Assembly: GCF_003790525.1 (NCBI RefSeq)
Contig: NZ_CP033635.1
DNA: 64,000 nt
From: Escherichia coli
GTDB lineage: Bacteria > Pseudomonadota > Gammaproteobacteria > Enterobacterales > Enterobacteriaceae
Reading direction: 5' to 3' (one strand)
Positions 51,853-62,204 of the stretch are shown here, in pieces; positions within the stretch are counted from its first letter, which is position 1; every line of letters begins with the position of its first letter. Below the pieces are notes generated by a model. The model saw nothing but the letters and a program-made list of their open reading frames with translations, made no database searches and was not told the DNA's origin. A program made the position numbers and the translations under genes.

Positions 51853-52089
51853 ATGTTGACCTCAATGACAGGTCACGACAGCGTATTGCTGCGTGCCGAC
51901 GATCCCCTGATCGACATGAACTACATCACCAGCTTCACTGGTATGACCGACAAATGGTTTTACAAGCTGATCAGTGAAGGCCATTTCCCTAAACCCATCA
52001 AACTGGGGCGCAGCAGCCGCTGGTACAAAAGTGAAGTGGAGCAGTGGATGCAGCAACGAATCGAGGCATCACGAGGGGCAGCAGCATGA
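51853..52089 (+). CDS. alpA: AlpA-family phage/island transcriptional regulator
   Basis: small HTH protein with FPKPIKLGRSSRWYKSEVEQWM motif; alternative start ATG 51916. Confidence 0.7.
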   Translation: MLTSMTGHDSVLLRADDPLIDMNYITSFTGMTDKWFYKLISEGHFPKPIKLGRSSRWYKSEVEQWMQQRIEASRGAAA

Positions 52090-52289
52090 AACGTGTTGTA
52101 ATGCCGGTACGCTGGCAATGTGCAAAATACCAGCGTTGGTATTGTGGAAATCAGCCCTGTCCCTGGTGCTGGCGACCTGCTGCCCCCGTCTGTCATTCCT
52201 CGTTCTTCGCTGTAACAGGCATCGTACCGGTCTCGGCGTGCTTTCCTGCGTACCGACACCGGTTCAGCAACATTCAAGGGGATCAAATC

Positions 52290-52838
52290 GTGCAAATAAC
52301 CGAAACCGTACTTTCAGAGCCGGTGGAAATCCGGCGTTTTATTCAGCAGGCGGTGGATCACTGGCCGCGTCTGCTGGCCGTCCACTTCACACTCCATTCG
52401 GCAGAAGGAAACATCAACGGACAACAGATTCATGCATTCTGTACTTCCTTTTACCGACAGGTGCACGAGCGTATTACTGAACGTAATCACACGGCCAGTC
52501 CAGCACCACCGGTGGTATTACGCTGGTTGCGGGAACAACATGGAGGAGCAACAATGCGATGCCTGTTGCTGCTCAGCCAGACGAGCATTTGCCATCCACG
52601 GGTCAGTGCCACGGTTGATGAAGAATGTTCGCAACGGGTGGATTTATTGCAACAGACATGGCGGGTGATAAGTGCTGACGGACAATGCCGGGTGGAAAGG
52701 TGTTTTCAGGCTGCCCGGGGTGATACATCCGGCCAGTATATTGCGTTAAAAACAGTTGCATTGTCTCTGGGGTTACCGGTTGTGACCGGTATTACCCATC
52801 GCCCGGTACAGCGCTGTACATTGATTACAGCTCAGTGA
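52290..52838 (+). CDS. hypothetical island protein (possible third YagK/YfjJ-like paralog)
   Basis: ORF 52044-52838; plausible GTG start at 52290 after AAGGGGA; the Cys-rich segment upstream looks non-coding. Confidence 0.4.
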   Translation: MQITETVLSEPVEIRRFIQQAVDHWPRLLAVHFTLHSAEGNINGQQIHAFCTSFYRQVHERITERNHTASPAPPVVLRWLREQHGGATMRCLLLLSQTSICHPRVSATVDEECSQRVDLLQQTWRVISADGQCRVERCFQAARGDTSGQYIALKTVALSLGLPVVTGITHRPVQRCTLITAQ

Positions 52839-52855
52839 ACAGCGCTGTTGTGCAG

Positions 52856-53200
52856 TCAACGAGGTTTTCTGTCTTTTCGTCGGTCATTCAGCATCATTAA
52901 ACGGGTCTCTGCCTCTTTCTGTTCCTGTGGTGTCACTTCCCCGCACGGCTGACCGTTCAGGTTGTAACGGGCGCCACCTGCTATTAACGCACGGTAATAG
53001 CGCGGAGACTGCACATAAGACGCCACTGCTGCATGTAATGTACCAGCGCCAAACGCCAGTTCTCGGATGGCGATATCCTGTATCAGGTCGTCAGGTATCC
53101 CCACTTTAAGTGGTTTTGTTTTTTCCCGGTTGAATGACTCAGGCCAGAGTTCCACAAGACGAATAATGCGCTTACGGTTTTTGCTCTGGCGTTTTGTCAT
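52856..53200 (-). CDS. ProQ/FinO-domain RNA chaperone-like protein
   Basis: 114 aa resembling the ProQ N-terminal FinO domain (KPLKVGI.DDL, SPRYYRAL, NLNGQPCGEVT). Confidence 0.7.
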   Translation of the reverse strand: MTKRQSKNRKRIIRLVELWPESFNREKTKPLKVGIPDDLIQDIAIRELAFGAGTLHAAVASYVQSPRYYRALIAGGARYNLNGQPCGEVTPQEQKEAETRLMMLNDRRKDRKPR

Positions 53201-53838
53201 GTCGCCACGGTGTTTTATCAGCAGGTTTCTGTTTATCGTTCAACTGTGGTATCTGGTCACCGGCCTTCATTTTGTATGCTGTGTCCGTTTTATCCTGCAG
53301 CGGCGTTGCCGGTGATTTACTGAAAATACCCTGCGGTTTACGGTTAATGGTCAGCGTTACCATCAGTATTGTTACCTCGTGCTGTCAATGGAAGTGGTAC
53401 CTCATCCGGTATCTGAAAATGTTTTCCGGTGGATGGCACAGCGAATGTCATGTAAGACATGCTGTTGCCGGTATTGTTCAGTACTGTGAGTTGTGAGCGT
53501 ATTCGTTATCAGACAGAGGGGCAGGGAACAAACGTCAGAGGTTAAGGATATCCGGGAACAAATGGCGTAAACGGACATCTCAGTGCCTGAGAAACAGTAC
53601 AGGTCAGGCCATCATGGCCTGCAAACAGAGCCCTGGCGACCCCGTGGCCGAAAACGAAACAATAACCCGCGCGCAGTGCGAGGAATCCGGATGTGAAGCA
53701 ATCAGCAGGTAATATTAATGGCAGGACCAGCAGGTTCTTTAAACAAACGAACATGCTGTAATTGATATTTTGCTTATTGTATTTTCTTTTTAGTTATTAA
53801 ATTAATTTATTTACGAAAAATTTTCTGCAGATACAGGA

Positions 53839-53867
53839 TGGGAATTCAGGGTGTCATCACGCCTTAT
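53839..53867. other. perfect palindrome gggtgtcatca-N7-tgatgacaccc downstream of the LacI-family gene
   Basis: 11-bp inverted repeat; terminator or operator candidate. Confidence 0.3.
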
Positions 53868-53958
53868 GATGACACCCTTCCCCTGGTTGTGGAAAACCGA
53901 AGGATATATCAGGTTCAGCAACAAAATCAGTGAGCTGAAAGATACCAGTCCCCCAGCT

Positions 53959-54978
53959 TCAGCAGCTTTCACGTAAACATAAACAGGGCTCAATGAATAT
54001 CTGATTGCTCCAGTTACCTTCTTTAATTCGTTCCAGCAAAACATTTCCTGCTTCCAGACCAATTTTCCTGTGAGGAACGGCCATTGTTGTTAATGATGGT
54101 TGGCAAACTTTGCTGACGTCACTGTCACCAAATCCTACTACGGCGAGCTCGTCTGGAACTTTGATCCGTCTTCGTTGACATTCATAGAGAACACCGCAGG
54201 CTAACTCATCTGACACACATACCAGGGCATCCAGTTCCGGCCATGCGAGCAAAAATTCCGGTAGTTGTGATGCTCCGGTGGAAAAAACAGGTGGCAGAGC
54301 AGCGTTAATAACACGGTTGGGAGACATATGATGGCGTAACATAGCTTTATACCATCCCTGTAAATGCTGCTGAAAGATCCACTGTTCCTGGTTAGCGCAT
54401 AGCAAACCGATATTCTGATAACCACGTTGTACCAGCATATCCGTCAGCTCGAACATTGCTGCAACATTATCAATACCAATGTTGATATCTATCGGATCAG
54501 TACGAATGGCACCGATTTCTATAACAGGAATCGAGGCATTTTTGAGCAAGTGACGCACGGTACTATTATGATCAACACTAAGCAAAATTGCTGCAGCGAT
54601 ATTAGAAGCCAGCAGGGTTTCCAGCAGTTTTTCTTCTTGTTCCAGACGATGGCGTGACTCAGCCAGGATTATTTGATACCCCGCTGGTTGTAGCACATGT
54701 TGCAGCCCGGCAAACATTTCCGTGCATCCCGCTTCAGCCAGGTTTGGCACGACCATTGCGATCGTGTGTGAAGATGCCGATGCCAGTGCGCTTGCAGTGA
54801 GGTTGGGCATATACCCTAATTCATTAACTGCGGCTTCAATCTTCTCCCTCAATTTATCTGAAACTTGTTCGGGAGTGCGTAACGCTCTGGATACAGTCAT
54901 TGTGCCAACTCCCGCGAGTTGCGCGACATCAGCAATAGTGACTTTACCTGTACTACGACGTTTTCGGGTTATTGCCAT
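53959..54978 (-). CDS. LacI/GalR-family transcriptional regulator
   Basis: 339 aa with N-terminal HTH (TIADVAQLAGVGTMTVSRAL) and periplasmic-binding-fold core; divergent from the PTS operon. Confidence 0.8.
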   Translation of the reverse strand: MAITRKRRSTGKVTIADVAQLAGVGTMTVSRALRTPEQVSDKLREKIEAAVNELGYMPNLTASALASASSHTIAMVVPNLAEAGCTEMFAGLQHVLQPAGYQIILAESRHRLEQEEKLLETLLASNIAAAILLSVDHNSTVRHLLKNASIPVIEIGAIRTDPIDINIGIDNVAAMFELTDMLVQRGYQNIGLLCANQEQWIFQQHLQGWYKAMLRHHMSPNRVINAALPPVFSTGASQLPEFLLAWPELDALVCVSDELACGVLYECQRRRIKVPDELAVVGFGDSDVSKVCQPSLTTMAVPHRKIGLEAGNVLLERIKEGNWSNQIFIEPCLCLRESC

Positions 54979-55229
54979 ACAAAATCCTGCTCAGCGACTA
55001 CATATGGAGATCTTTTATTACTTATCATCAACGGCTTCCTGCACTGCCAGTAGCAGAGTATACCTCTTAATATCTGCCATAAGTCTGGATTTAATCAGTG
55101 AAATCTATTTTGATAGCGCTATCACAAATTCGAACAATACCTCCTGATAGCGCTATCTTTGTGATATTGATCGCAGATATACCGTCGTTACTTGAATACA
55201 TTCTGGTCATATAAATAAGAAATTAGGGG

Positions 55230-55679
55230 GTGGGAGTGCTTAATATCTGGCTTTCTGATTCAACAATCGCATTACGAAAGAATGCCGCAACCTGGCAGCA
55301 GGCATTAGATATCTGTGCCAGACCGTTACTGGATGCAGAGATAATTACGACGGATTATCTCAGTGCGATAAAGACACAACATGAAAAACTGGGGCCTTAT
55401 TATGTCCTGGCACCCGGGCTGGCCATGCCGCATGCCCGACCAGAAGAAGGGGCAAAAGGATTAGGTTTATCATTATTAAAACTTGAAGAAGGTGTCAGTT
55501 TTCATACAGAGGAATTTGATCCTGTAGATGTTATCATTTTACTTGCCGCACCAGACAAACACAGTCATATCGAAATGATATCTGCACTGGCTGAGTTATT
55601 CTCCAGCGAAAAAGATTTACATGAATTGCATCAGGCTCGCAATGTGGAGGAAATAAAAAAGATAATTTCACGGTTCTGA
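55230..55679 (+). CDS. PTS EIIA component, ascorbate (UlaC/SgaA) type
   Basis: 149 aa with APGLAMPHARPEEG active-site region resembling UlaC. Confidence 0.8.
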   Translation: MGVLNIWLSDSTIALRKNAATWQQALDICARPLLDAEIITTDYLSAIKTQHEKLGPYYVLAPGLAMPHARPEEGAKGLGLSLLKLEEGVSFHTEEFDPVDVIILLAAPDKHSHIEMISALAELFSSEKDLHELHQARNVEEIKKIISRF

Positions 55680-55757
55680 TTACATTATAAATTCAGTCTT
55701 TTCACAACATTGCGCCGTTGCGTGATGGGACTTCTTCAACTTAAAATGGTGAATATA

Positions 55758-56030
55758 ATGAAAATTATGGCTATTTGTGGCTCAGGGCTTGGTAGTAGTT
55801 TTATGGTCGAAATGAATATTAAAAAAGTTCTGAAAAAAATGGATATAGAGGCGGAAGTGGAACATTCCGATCTCTCATCAGCAACGCCAGGGGCTGCCGA
55901 TTTATTTGTGATGGCCAAAGATATTGCTGCCAGTGCCAGCGTACCGGAAAGTCAGTTGGTGGTTATCAACAACATCATTGATATTAATGAACTCGAAACG
56001 CAACTGCGTAACTGGTTAGCAAAACAATAA
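55758..56030 (+). CDS. PTS EIIB component, ascorbate (UlaB) type
   Basis: 90 aa from MKIMAICGSGLGSSFM...; Cys-containing phosphorylation loop. Confidence 0.8.
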   Translation: MKIMAICGSGLGSSFMVEMNIKKVLKKMDIEAEVEHSDLSSATPGAADLFVMAKDIAASASVPESQLVVINNIIDINELETQLRNWLAKQ

Positions 56031-56052
56031 CCTTAATTGAAGCGAGGTGGAT

Positions 56053-57441
56053 ATGTTTATCCTTGAAACGCTGAATTTTGTTGTTGATATACTTAAAGTG
56101 CCCGCGATACTGGTCGGCTTGATTGCCTTAATTGGTCTGGTTGCCCAGAAAAAATCTTTTTCAGATGTTGTTAAAGGTACAATTAAAACTATTCTCGGCT
56201 TTATTGTACTGGGCGGTGGTGCCACTGTTTTGGTTGGTTCGTTAAATCCTCTTGGGAGTATGTTTGAACATGCCTTTAATATTCAGGGCATCATTCCGAA
56301 TAATGAGGCTATTGTTTCTATTGCGCTGGAAAAATATGGCGCATCGACGGCCCTTATTATGGCATTTGGTATGGTGGCGAATATTATTGTTGCCCGCTTT
56401 ACCCGCCTTAAATATATCTTCCTGACCGGACACCACACATTTTACATGGCCTGCATGATTGGTGTGATTCTGACAGTGGCTGGTTTTGAAGGTATATCAC
56501 TGGTCTTTACCGGTTCTCTTATTCTGGGACTTGTGATGGCATTTTTCCCGGCATTAGCACAACGCTATATGAAGCGTATTACGGGGAATGATGACATTGC
56601 TTTTGGTCACTTTGGCACTCTGGGATATGTACTTTCTGGCTGGATTGGCAGCGTGTGCGGTAAAGGTTCCCGCTCCACCGAAGAGATGAATTTGCCCAAA
56701 AATCTGAGCTTCCTGCGCGACAGTTCCATCTCTATTTCTCTTACGATGATGGTGATTTATCTGATCATGGCGATCAGTGCTGGTCGTGAGTTCGTTGAAA
56801 GCCAGTTCAGTGGTGGTCAAAACTACCTTGTCTACGCCATCATAATGGCCATCACCTTCGCTGCTGGTGTATTTATTATTCTGCAAGGCGTGCGTTTAAT
56901 CCTTGCTGAAATAGTTCCGGCATTTACCGGGTTTTCAGAAAAGCTGGTGCCGAATGCCCGTCCGGCCCTCGATTGCCCGGTTGTGTATCCGTATGCGCCA
57001 AACGCAGTGTTAGTTGGTTTCTTGTTTAGCTTTTTTGGCGGTCTGGTAGGGCTATTTTTGTTGGGACAGATGAAACTGGTGTTGATTCTTCCGGGTGTCG
57101 TTCCTCACTTTTTTACCGGGGCGGCTGCTGGCGTATTTGGTAACGCTACGGGGGGACGTCGTGGCGCAATGATTGGTGCTTTTGCGAATGGCTTATTGAT
57201 TACCTTCCTGCCAGTACTGTTATTGCCGGTTCTTGGGGCGATAGGCTTTGCTAATACGACCTTTTCCGATGCAGATTTTGGTGCTGTCGGCATCGTCCTC
57301 GGAAACCTGGCACGTTATCTCTCACCTTTTGCCATCACCGGACTTGTAGTAGCGCTATTTGTGCTGCTGGTTGCCTGGAACATTTTCGCCAGTAACAAAA
57401 TCGCTGCCAAAGCGCAGAAGAAGAGCGGAGCCAAATCATGA
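56053..57441 (+). CDS. PTS EIIC permease, ascorbate (UlaA/SgaT) family
   Basis: 463-aa polytopic membrane protein; ATG 56053 after GAGGTGG. Confidence 0.85.
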   Translation: MFILETLNFVVDILKVPAILVGLIALIGLVAQKKSFSDVVKGTIKTILGFIVLGGGATVLVGSLNPLGSMFEHAFNIQGIIPNNEAIVSIALEKYGASTALIMAFGMVANIIVARFTRLKYIFLTGHHTFYMACMIGVILTVAGFEGISLVFTGSLILGLVMAFFPALAQRYMKRITGNDDIAFGHFGTLGYVLSGWIGSVCGKGSRSTEEMNLPKNLSFLRDSSISISLTMMVIYLIMAISAGREFVESQFSGGQNYLVYAIIMAITFAAGVFIILQGVRLILAEIVPAFTGFSEKLVPNARPALDCPVVYPYAPNAVLVGFLFSFFGGLVGLFLLGQMKLVLILPGVVPHFFTGAAAGVFGNATGGRRGAMIGAFANGLLITFLPVLLLPVLGAIGFANTTFSDADFGAVGIVLGNLARYLSPFAITGLVVALFVLLVAWNIFASNKIAAKAQKKSGAKS

Positions 57442-58268
57442 ATGTTAAAGAATTGACTCAATTTGCACGGGATATACGTATCCAGACGCTTAAATCATTA
57501 ACTCATCTCGGCTTCGGTCATTATGGTGGCAGCATGTCGGTTGTGGAAACGCTGGCAGTGCTTTATGGCGCTGTAATGAAAATTGATCCTGCTGCTCCCG
57601 ACTGGCCTGAGCGTGACTATTTTATCCTGTCCAAAGGACATGCCGGACCTGCTCTCTACAGTACTCTGGCGCTGAAAGGCTACTTTCCACTGGAAGAATT
57701 AAGCACCTTAAATCAGAACGGAACCCGCTTACCAAGTCATCCGGATCGGCTAAAAACGTGTGGTGTTGATAGCACCACAGGATCGCTGGGGCAGGGGATA
57801 TCCATTGCCGGAGGGATGGCGCTGTCGCATAAACTGGCGGGGCGCAAGAATCGGGTTTTTTGTATTGTCGGCGATGGCGAACTTAATGAAGGCCAATGTT
57901 GGGAAGCTTTCCAGTTTATCGCGCATCATCGTTTGAATAACCTCACTGTGTTTGTGGACTGGAACAAACAGCAGCTTGATGGTCAACTGGATGAAATTAT
58001 TAATCCATTTGATTTGGAAGGAAAATTCCGGGCTTTCGGTTTTGATGTCGTGACAGTGAAGGGCGATGATATTGAGGGCTTGTTGAATGTAGTTAAACCT
58101 GTCCTGCCAGCTGAGGCCAGACCGAGAGTGGTCATTCTCGATAGCATTAAAGGGCAGGGGGTGCCGTGTCTCGAGCAACTCAGTAATTCTCATCACTTAC
58201 GCCTCACAGAAGAGATGAAGGGGACGCTAAACGAAACAATTCGCCAACTGGAGGATATGCATGATTAA
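57438..58268 (+). CDS. transketolase, N-terminal (ThDP-binding) subunit
   Basis: 276 aa with GDGE...NEGQ ThDP motif; start overlaps the EIIC stop. Confidence 0.85.
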   Translation: MNVKELTQFARDIRIQTLKSLTHLGFGHYGGSMSVVETLAVLYGAVMKIDPAAPDWPERDYFILSKGHAGPALYSTLALKGYFPLEELSTLNQNGTRLPSHPDRLKTCGVDSTTGSLGQGISIAGGMALSHKLAGRKNRVFCIVGDGELNEGQCWEAFQFIAHHRLNNLTVFVDWNKQQLDGQLDEIINPFDLEGKFRAFGFDVVTVKGDDIEGLLNVVKPVLPAEARPRVVILDSIKGQGVPCLEQLSNSHHLRLTEEMKGTLNETIRQLEDMHD

Positions 58269-59214
58269 TCTCGCACCGGCAGGACAAAAAGACAGCATTG
58301 AAATGCGCAAAGTTTATGCAGATTTTATCGCGCAACAGAGTAAAAACGTCAGTTCTGTCATTGCTCTTGAGGCTGATTTAATGAGTTCCATGGCAATGGA
58401 CAGCGTGGCGCAGGATTATCCAGATCACGTCATTAATTGCGGCATTATGGAAGCCAATGTTATCGGCACAGCTGCAGGGCTGGCCTTAACCGGGCGCAAG
58501 CCATTCGTGCATACCTTTACCGCATTTGCCAGTCGTCGCTGTTTTGATCAACTCTTTATGTCGCTTGATTACCAGGGCGCTAACGTCAAAGTTATAGCTT
58601 CTGATGCGGGTGTTGCTGCTTGCCACAATGGCGGAACACATATGTCATTTGAAGATATGGGAATTGTGCGCGGGCTGGCGCATTCGGTGGTGATGGAGAT
58701 GACAGATGCCGTAATGTTCAGCGATATCTTGCGTCAACTCGTTGCACTGGAAGGATTTTATTGGATTCGTACCATTCGGAAGCAAGCAGCGAGTATTTAC
58801 GCACCAGGTACAACCTTTACAATTGGCAAAGGGCAGGTATTACGTGAAGGTACGGATGTCACCTTAATTGCTAATGGCATTATGGTGGTGGAAGCCCTGG
58901 AGGCCGCACGTCAACTTGAGCTGGCTGGGGTAAGTGTAGCGGTGATTGATATGTTTACGCTCAAACCCGTTGATCGGATGTTAATTAAAAATTATGCCGA
59001 AAAAACAGGACGGATCGTAACATGTGAAAACCATAGTATTCATAATGGATTAGGTTCAGCAGTTGCTGAAGTGCTTGTAGAAACTTGTCCTGTGCCCATG
59101 CGTCGGGTGGGGGTTAAAGAGCGGTATGGCCAGGTTGGAACTCAGGACTTTTTACAGAGAGAGTACGGGTTAACCGCGCAAGATATTGTGGCGGCAGCCA
59201 GAGAGCTATTGTAA
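58261..59214 (+). CDS. transketolase, C-terminal (pyrimidine-binding) subunit
   Basis: 317 aa; overlaps and is co-transcribed with the N-terminal subunit gene. Confidence 0.85.
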   Translation: MINLAPAGQKDSIEMRKVYADFIAQQSKNVSSVIALEADLMSSMAMDSVAQDYPDHVINCGIMEANVIGTAAGLALTGRKPFVHTFTAFASRRCFDQLFMSLDYQGANVKVIASDAGVAACHNGGTHMSFEDMGIVRGLAHSVVMEMTDAVMFSDILRQLVALEGFYWIRTIRKQAASIYAPGTTFTIGKGQVLREGTDVTLIANGIMVVEALEAARQLELAGVSVAVIDMFTLKPVDRMLIKNYAEKTGRIVTCENHSIHNGLGSAVAEVLVETCPVPMRRVGVKERYGQVGTQDFLQREYGLTAQDIVAAARELL

Positions 59215-59304
59215 TTCATGGAGTTTGTTTACCATTCTGTTTTTCTTAAAAGTGAGTGTCTGTGCGGTCACTAAACTCGGTAATAAAGCAGTTCATTGCA
59301 GGAT

Positions 59305-60657
59305 AAGAAGCGTTTGGTTGGAGCCTGTTTAGGATTCTGTGTAAATGCCTTTTCTCAGAAGTGACCGTCCAGGCGGTCACCGAACTCGATAATAAAGCGG
59401 CTCATTGCCATTCGCCAGTCCTTCAACGGCATCGTCCATTTCTGGGACGCAGACTGGATTGCCAGCCACACCACTTTTTTCACCGAGTCGTCTGTCGGGA
59501 ACACTTTACGCTTTTTGATCGCATGGCGGATCACGCTGTTTAGCGACTCGATGGCATTCGTCGTATAGATCACTTTGCGGATGTCCGTTGGATAAGCGAA
59601 GAACGTGGCAAGATTCGGCCAGTTAGCCTGCCAGCTTCGGCTTATCTGAGGATAGCGACTGTCCCAGGCCGCAGCGAACGCTTCCAGTGCCTGCTGACCT
59701 GCCTCTTCCGTGGGAGCCTGATAAATCGCTTTCAGGTCGCGAGTGACGGCTTTGTAGTCCTTCCATGACACGAAGCGCAGGCTGTTGCGCACCATATGCA
59801 CGATGCATAACTGGATGCGGGCCTTCGGATATACTGTGTTGATGGCATCCGGGAAGCCTTTCAGGCCATCCACACAGGCGATGAGGATATCGTTCAGACC
59901 GCGGTTTTTCAGTTCAGTCAGCACATTGAGCCAGAACTTCGCCCCTTCATTTTCGGCCAGCCACATACCCAGCAGTTCTTTCTGACCTTCGATATTGATG
60001 CCCAGTGCCAGGAACACCGATTTGTTGATGACGCGACTGTCCTGCCGAACTTTCAGGACGATACAGTCAAGATAAACAATGGGGTAAACAGCATCCAGTG
60101 GTCTGTTTTGCCATTCTACAACCTGCTCCATCACGGCATCGGTGACCTTTGATATCAGTGCCGGTGAAACATCTGCGTCATACAGTTCTTTGAACGCAGT
60201 AGCTATCTCACGGGTGGTCATCCCTTTGGCATACAACGAGAGGATCTGGTTATCCATCCCGGTAATACGGGTCTGATTTTTCTTTACCAGTTGTGGTTCG
60301 AAGGTACCGTCACGATCGCGCGGAGTACGCAGTTCCAGTGGACCGTCGCCTGTGATAACGGTCTTTGTGTAATAACCGTTGCGGGAGTTAGCTCCTGGTC
60401 TGGACTGATTTTTCTCATACCCAAGATGGTGTGTCATCTCTGCATTGAGAGCGGCTTCAACGCTGAGCTTTTTCAGCAGCCGATCAAACTGACTGAGGTC
60501 TTCAGGGGTTTTGAGGTTTTTGGCCAGTTCGTTAGCCAGAGCCTGTAACTGTTTTTCGTCCATAAATTAACCTTCATTTGATGCTGGATTGAACATATCA
60601 AAATCAGGCAATTACACAAATCTATGTACAGGCTCTTTGGTTGTGTCGTTTTACCGT
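59305..60657 (-). mobile_element. IS256-family insertion sequence
   Basis: transposase gene flanked by imperfect inverted ends (...ttggttggagcctgt... at 59310-59350 against ...acaggctctttggttgtg... at 60620-60650); about 1.35 kb. Confidence 0.6.
59355..60563 (-). CDS. IS256-family (mutator-type) transposase
   Basis: 402-aa ORF with IS256-family hallmarks including C-terminal motifs (YTTNAIESLN). Confidence 0.85.
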   Translation of the reverse strand: MDEKQLQALANELAKNLKTPEDLSQFDRLLKKLSVEAALNAEMTHHLGYEKNQSRPGANSRNGYYTKTVITGDGPLELRTPRDRDGTFEPQLVKKNQTRITGMDNQILSLYAKGMTTREIATAFKELYDADVSPALISKVTDAVMEQVVEWQNRPLDAVYPIVYLDCIVLKVRQDSRVINKSVFLALGINIEGQKELLGMWLAENEGAKFWLNVLTELKNRGLNDILIACVDGLKGFPDAINTVYPKARIQLCIVHMVRNSLRFVSWKDYKAVTRDLKAIYQAPTEEAGQQALEAFAAAWDSRYPQISRSWQANWPNLATFFAYPTDIRKVIYTTNAIESLNSVIRHAIKKRKVFPTDDSVKKVVWLAIQSASQKWTMPLKDWRMAMSRFIIEFGDRLDGHF

Positions 60658-60748
60658 AAGAACCGACCGCCGTATGTAGCCATTAAGCCAGTATTGGTAA
60701 CGTAGGTGCCCACCTTTTCAATGTACTGCGCCCCAAATCTTGGACATC

Positions 60749-61590
60749 CTATGAAAAATGTTTAAGTCGATATTGAACCGGACTCATACCATCGAGTTTC
60801 TCTTTAATGCGATGGTGATTGTAGTATTCAATGTAATCAATTATATCTTGCTTTAGATGATGTAACTTATTGTATTTATTTAGATAGTAACATTCTGATT
60901 TTAATGTACTAAAAAAGCTTTCCATTGCTGCATTATCTAAGCAGTTACCACGTCGGGACATGCTTTGTGTTATGCCATTATCACTCAACCAACGTTGCCA
61001 ACGAGGCATCTGATATTGCCACCCCTGATCACTATGCAACAAGGGCTTATCGTCTTTATTGAGTTGTTCTACCGCATCTAATAGCATGCTCTTTACCATT
61101 GATGCTAATGGGCGCTCAGTAAGGTTATATGAGACTATTTCTCCATTATACAGGTCCATGATTGGTGATAAATAGAGCTTCCTGCCATCGACCTTAAACT
61201 CAGTGACATCTGTTACCCACTTTTGATTTGGGCGGTCAGCATAAAATTGTCTCTTCAGTAAATTATTACAAGTTCGCCCCTGTTCTCCACGATAGGCACG
61301 GTACTTCTTGCGCCTGATAAGTGAGCTGATACCCAGTTCCTTCATTAACTTTCTGATGGTTTTACCATTAAGTAAAATGCCTCGTTACGGCAGGCAAGTC
61401 TGATGCGTCGATAACCATAACGCCCTTTATGCTGATGGTATATTCTCAATATTACTTGTTTAACAAGTTGATATGGATCTGGCGCATTAAGGCGTTTCAC
61501 GTGATAGTAAAATGTACTACGTGGCAAATCAGCGATAACCAGTAATTGTGATAATGGATGACATTGCCTTAACTCATTAATAATGATTAC
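60749..61590 (-). pseudogene. IS3-family transposase orfB (DDE integrase core) carrying an extra frameshift
   Basis: N-terminal part (stop at 61345) is in the -1 frame relative to orfA; the remainder continues in a third frame from an overlapping TAATG at 61343-61347. Confidence 0.7.
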
Positions 61591-62087
61591 TTTTTCTTTT
61601 GTTCCAATCGTAATTTTTCCTGAGCTAAGGCTTTCAGCTTTTTTAGATAAGCGTTCTCAACTCTCAGAAACTCAAGTTCTTCCCGTTCACTGATTGTCAG
61701 TTGTGTCGAACGATTTCGTTGATAAACAGCAGGAGTTTTCGGCCTCAAATCTTCCTTTTGTCCCTTCATCGAAAAATCAACCTCACTGTATTTTTTAATC
61801 CATTTGGATATGGTGTTAAAAGCAGGGATCCCATACTTCACTGCAGCTTCCCTTATAGAAAGAGAATTATCAATAACATCTCTGACCACATTCAATCTGA
61901 AGTTATCGTCATAACGTCTTTTTTGCCCAGTCAGTGTTTTTAATCCGTGCTTACGGTAAACATAAGCCCATTTCCTTACCGTGCTGGGGTCAATATTGTA
62001 CATTTTTCCAACAGACTTCAAACTCAGCTCACCTTCCAGGTATTTTTCTGATACTTCCCTTTTGAATTCTAATGAAAATTTGCTCAT
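61587..62087 (-). CDS. IS3-family transposase orfA (HTH, leucine zipper)
   Basis: 166 aa ending ...YLKKLKALAQEKLRLEQKKK, IS150 InsJ-like. Confidence 0.8.
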   Translation of the reverse strand: MSKFSLEFKREVSEKYLEGELSLKSVGKMYNIDPSTVRKWAYVYRKHGLKTLTGQKRRYDDNFRLNVVRDVIDNSLSIREAAVKYGIPAFNTISKWIKKYSEVDFSMKGQKEDLRPKTPAVYQRNRSTQLTISEREELEFLRVENAYLKKLKALAQEKLRLEQKKK

Positions 62088-62204
62088 ACGCTCCTCAGTT
62101 ACAGATCTGGTGTCTAACTATTGGGGCGCACTTCATCAAACTGGTGGACGCCTGTTATGGAGCAAAAACATTATCCGCAGAACCCCGCAGATCATTTTCA
62201 AATG

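Larger units (their letters stand above)
60705..62152 (-). mobile_element. IS3-family (IS150-group) insertion sequence, defective
   Basis: inverted ends ggtgcccaccttttcaatgtactgcgccccaaa (60705-60737) and attggggcgcacttcatcaaactggtggacgcc (62119-62152) bracket orfA and orfB. Confidence 0.6.
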
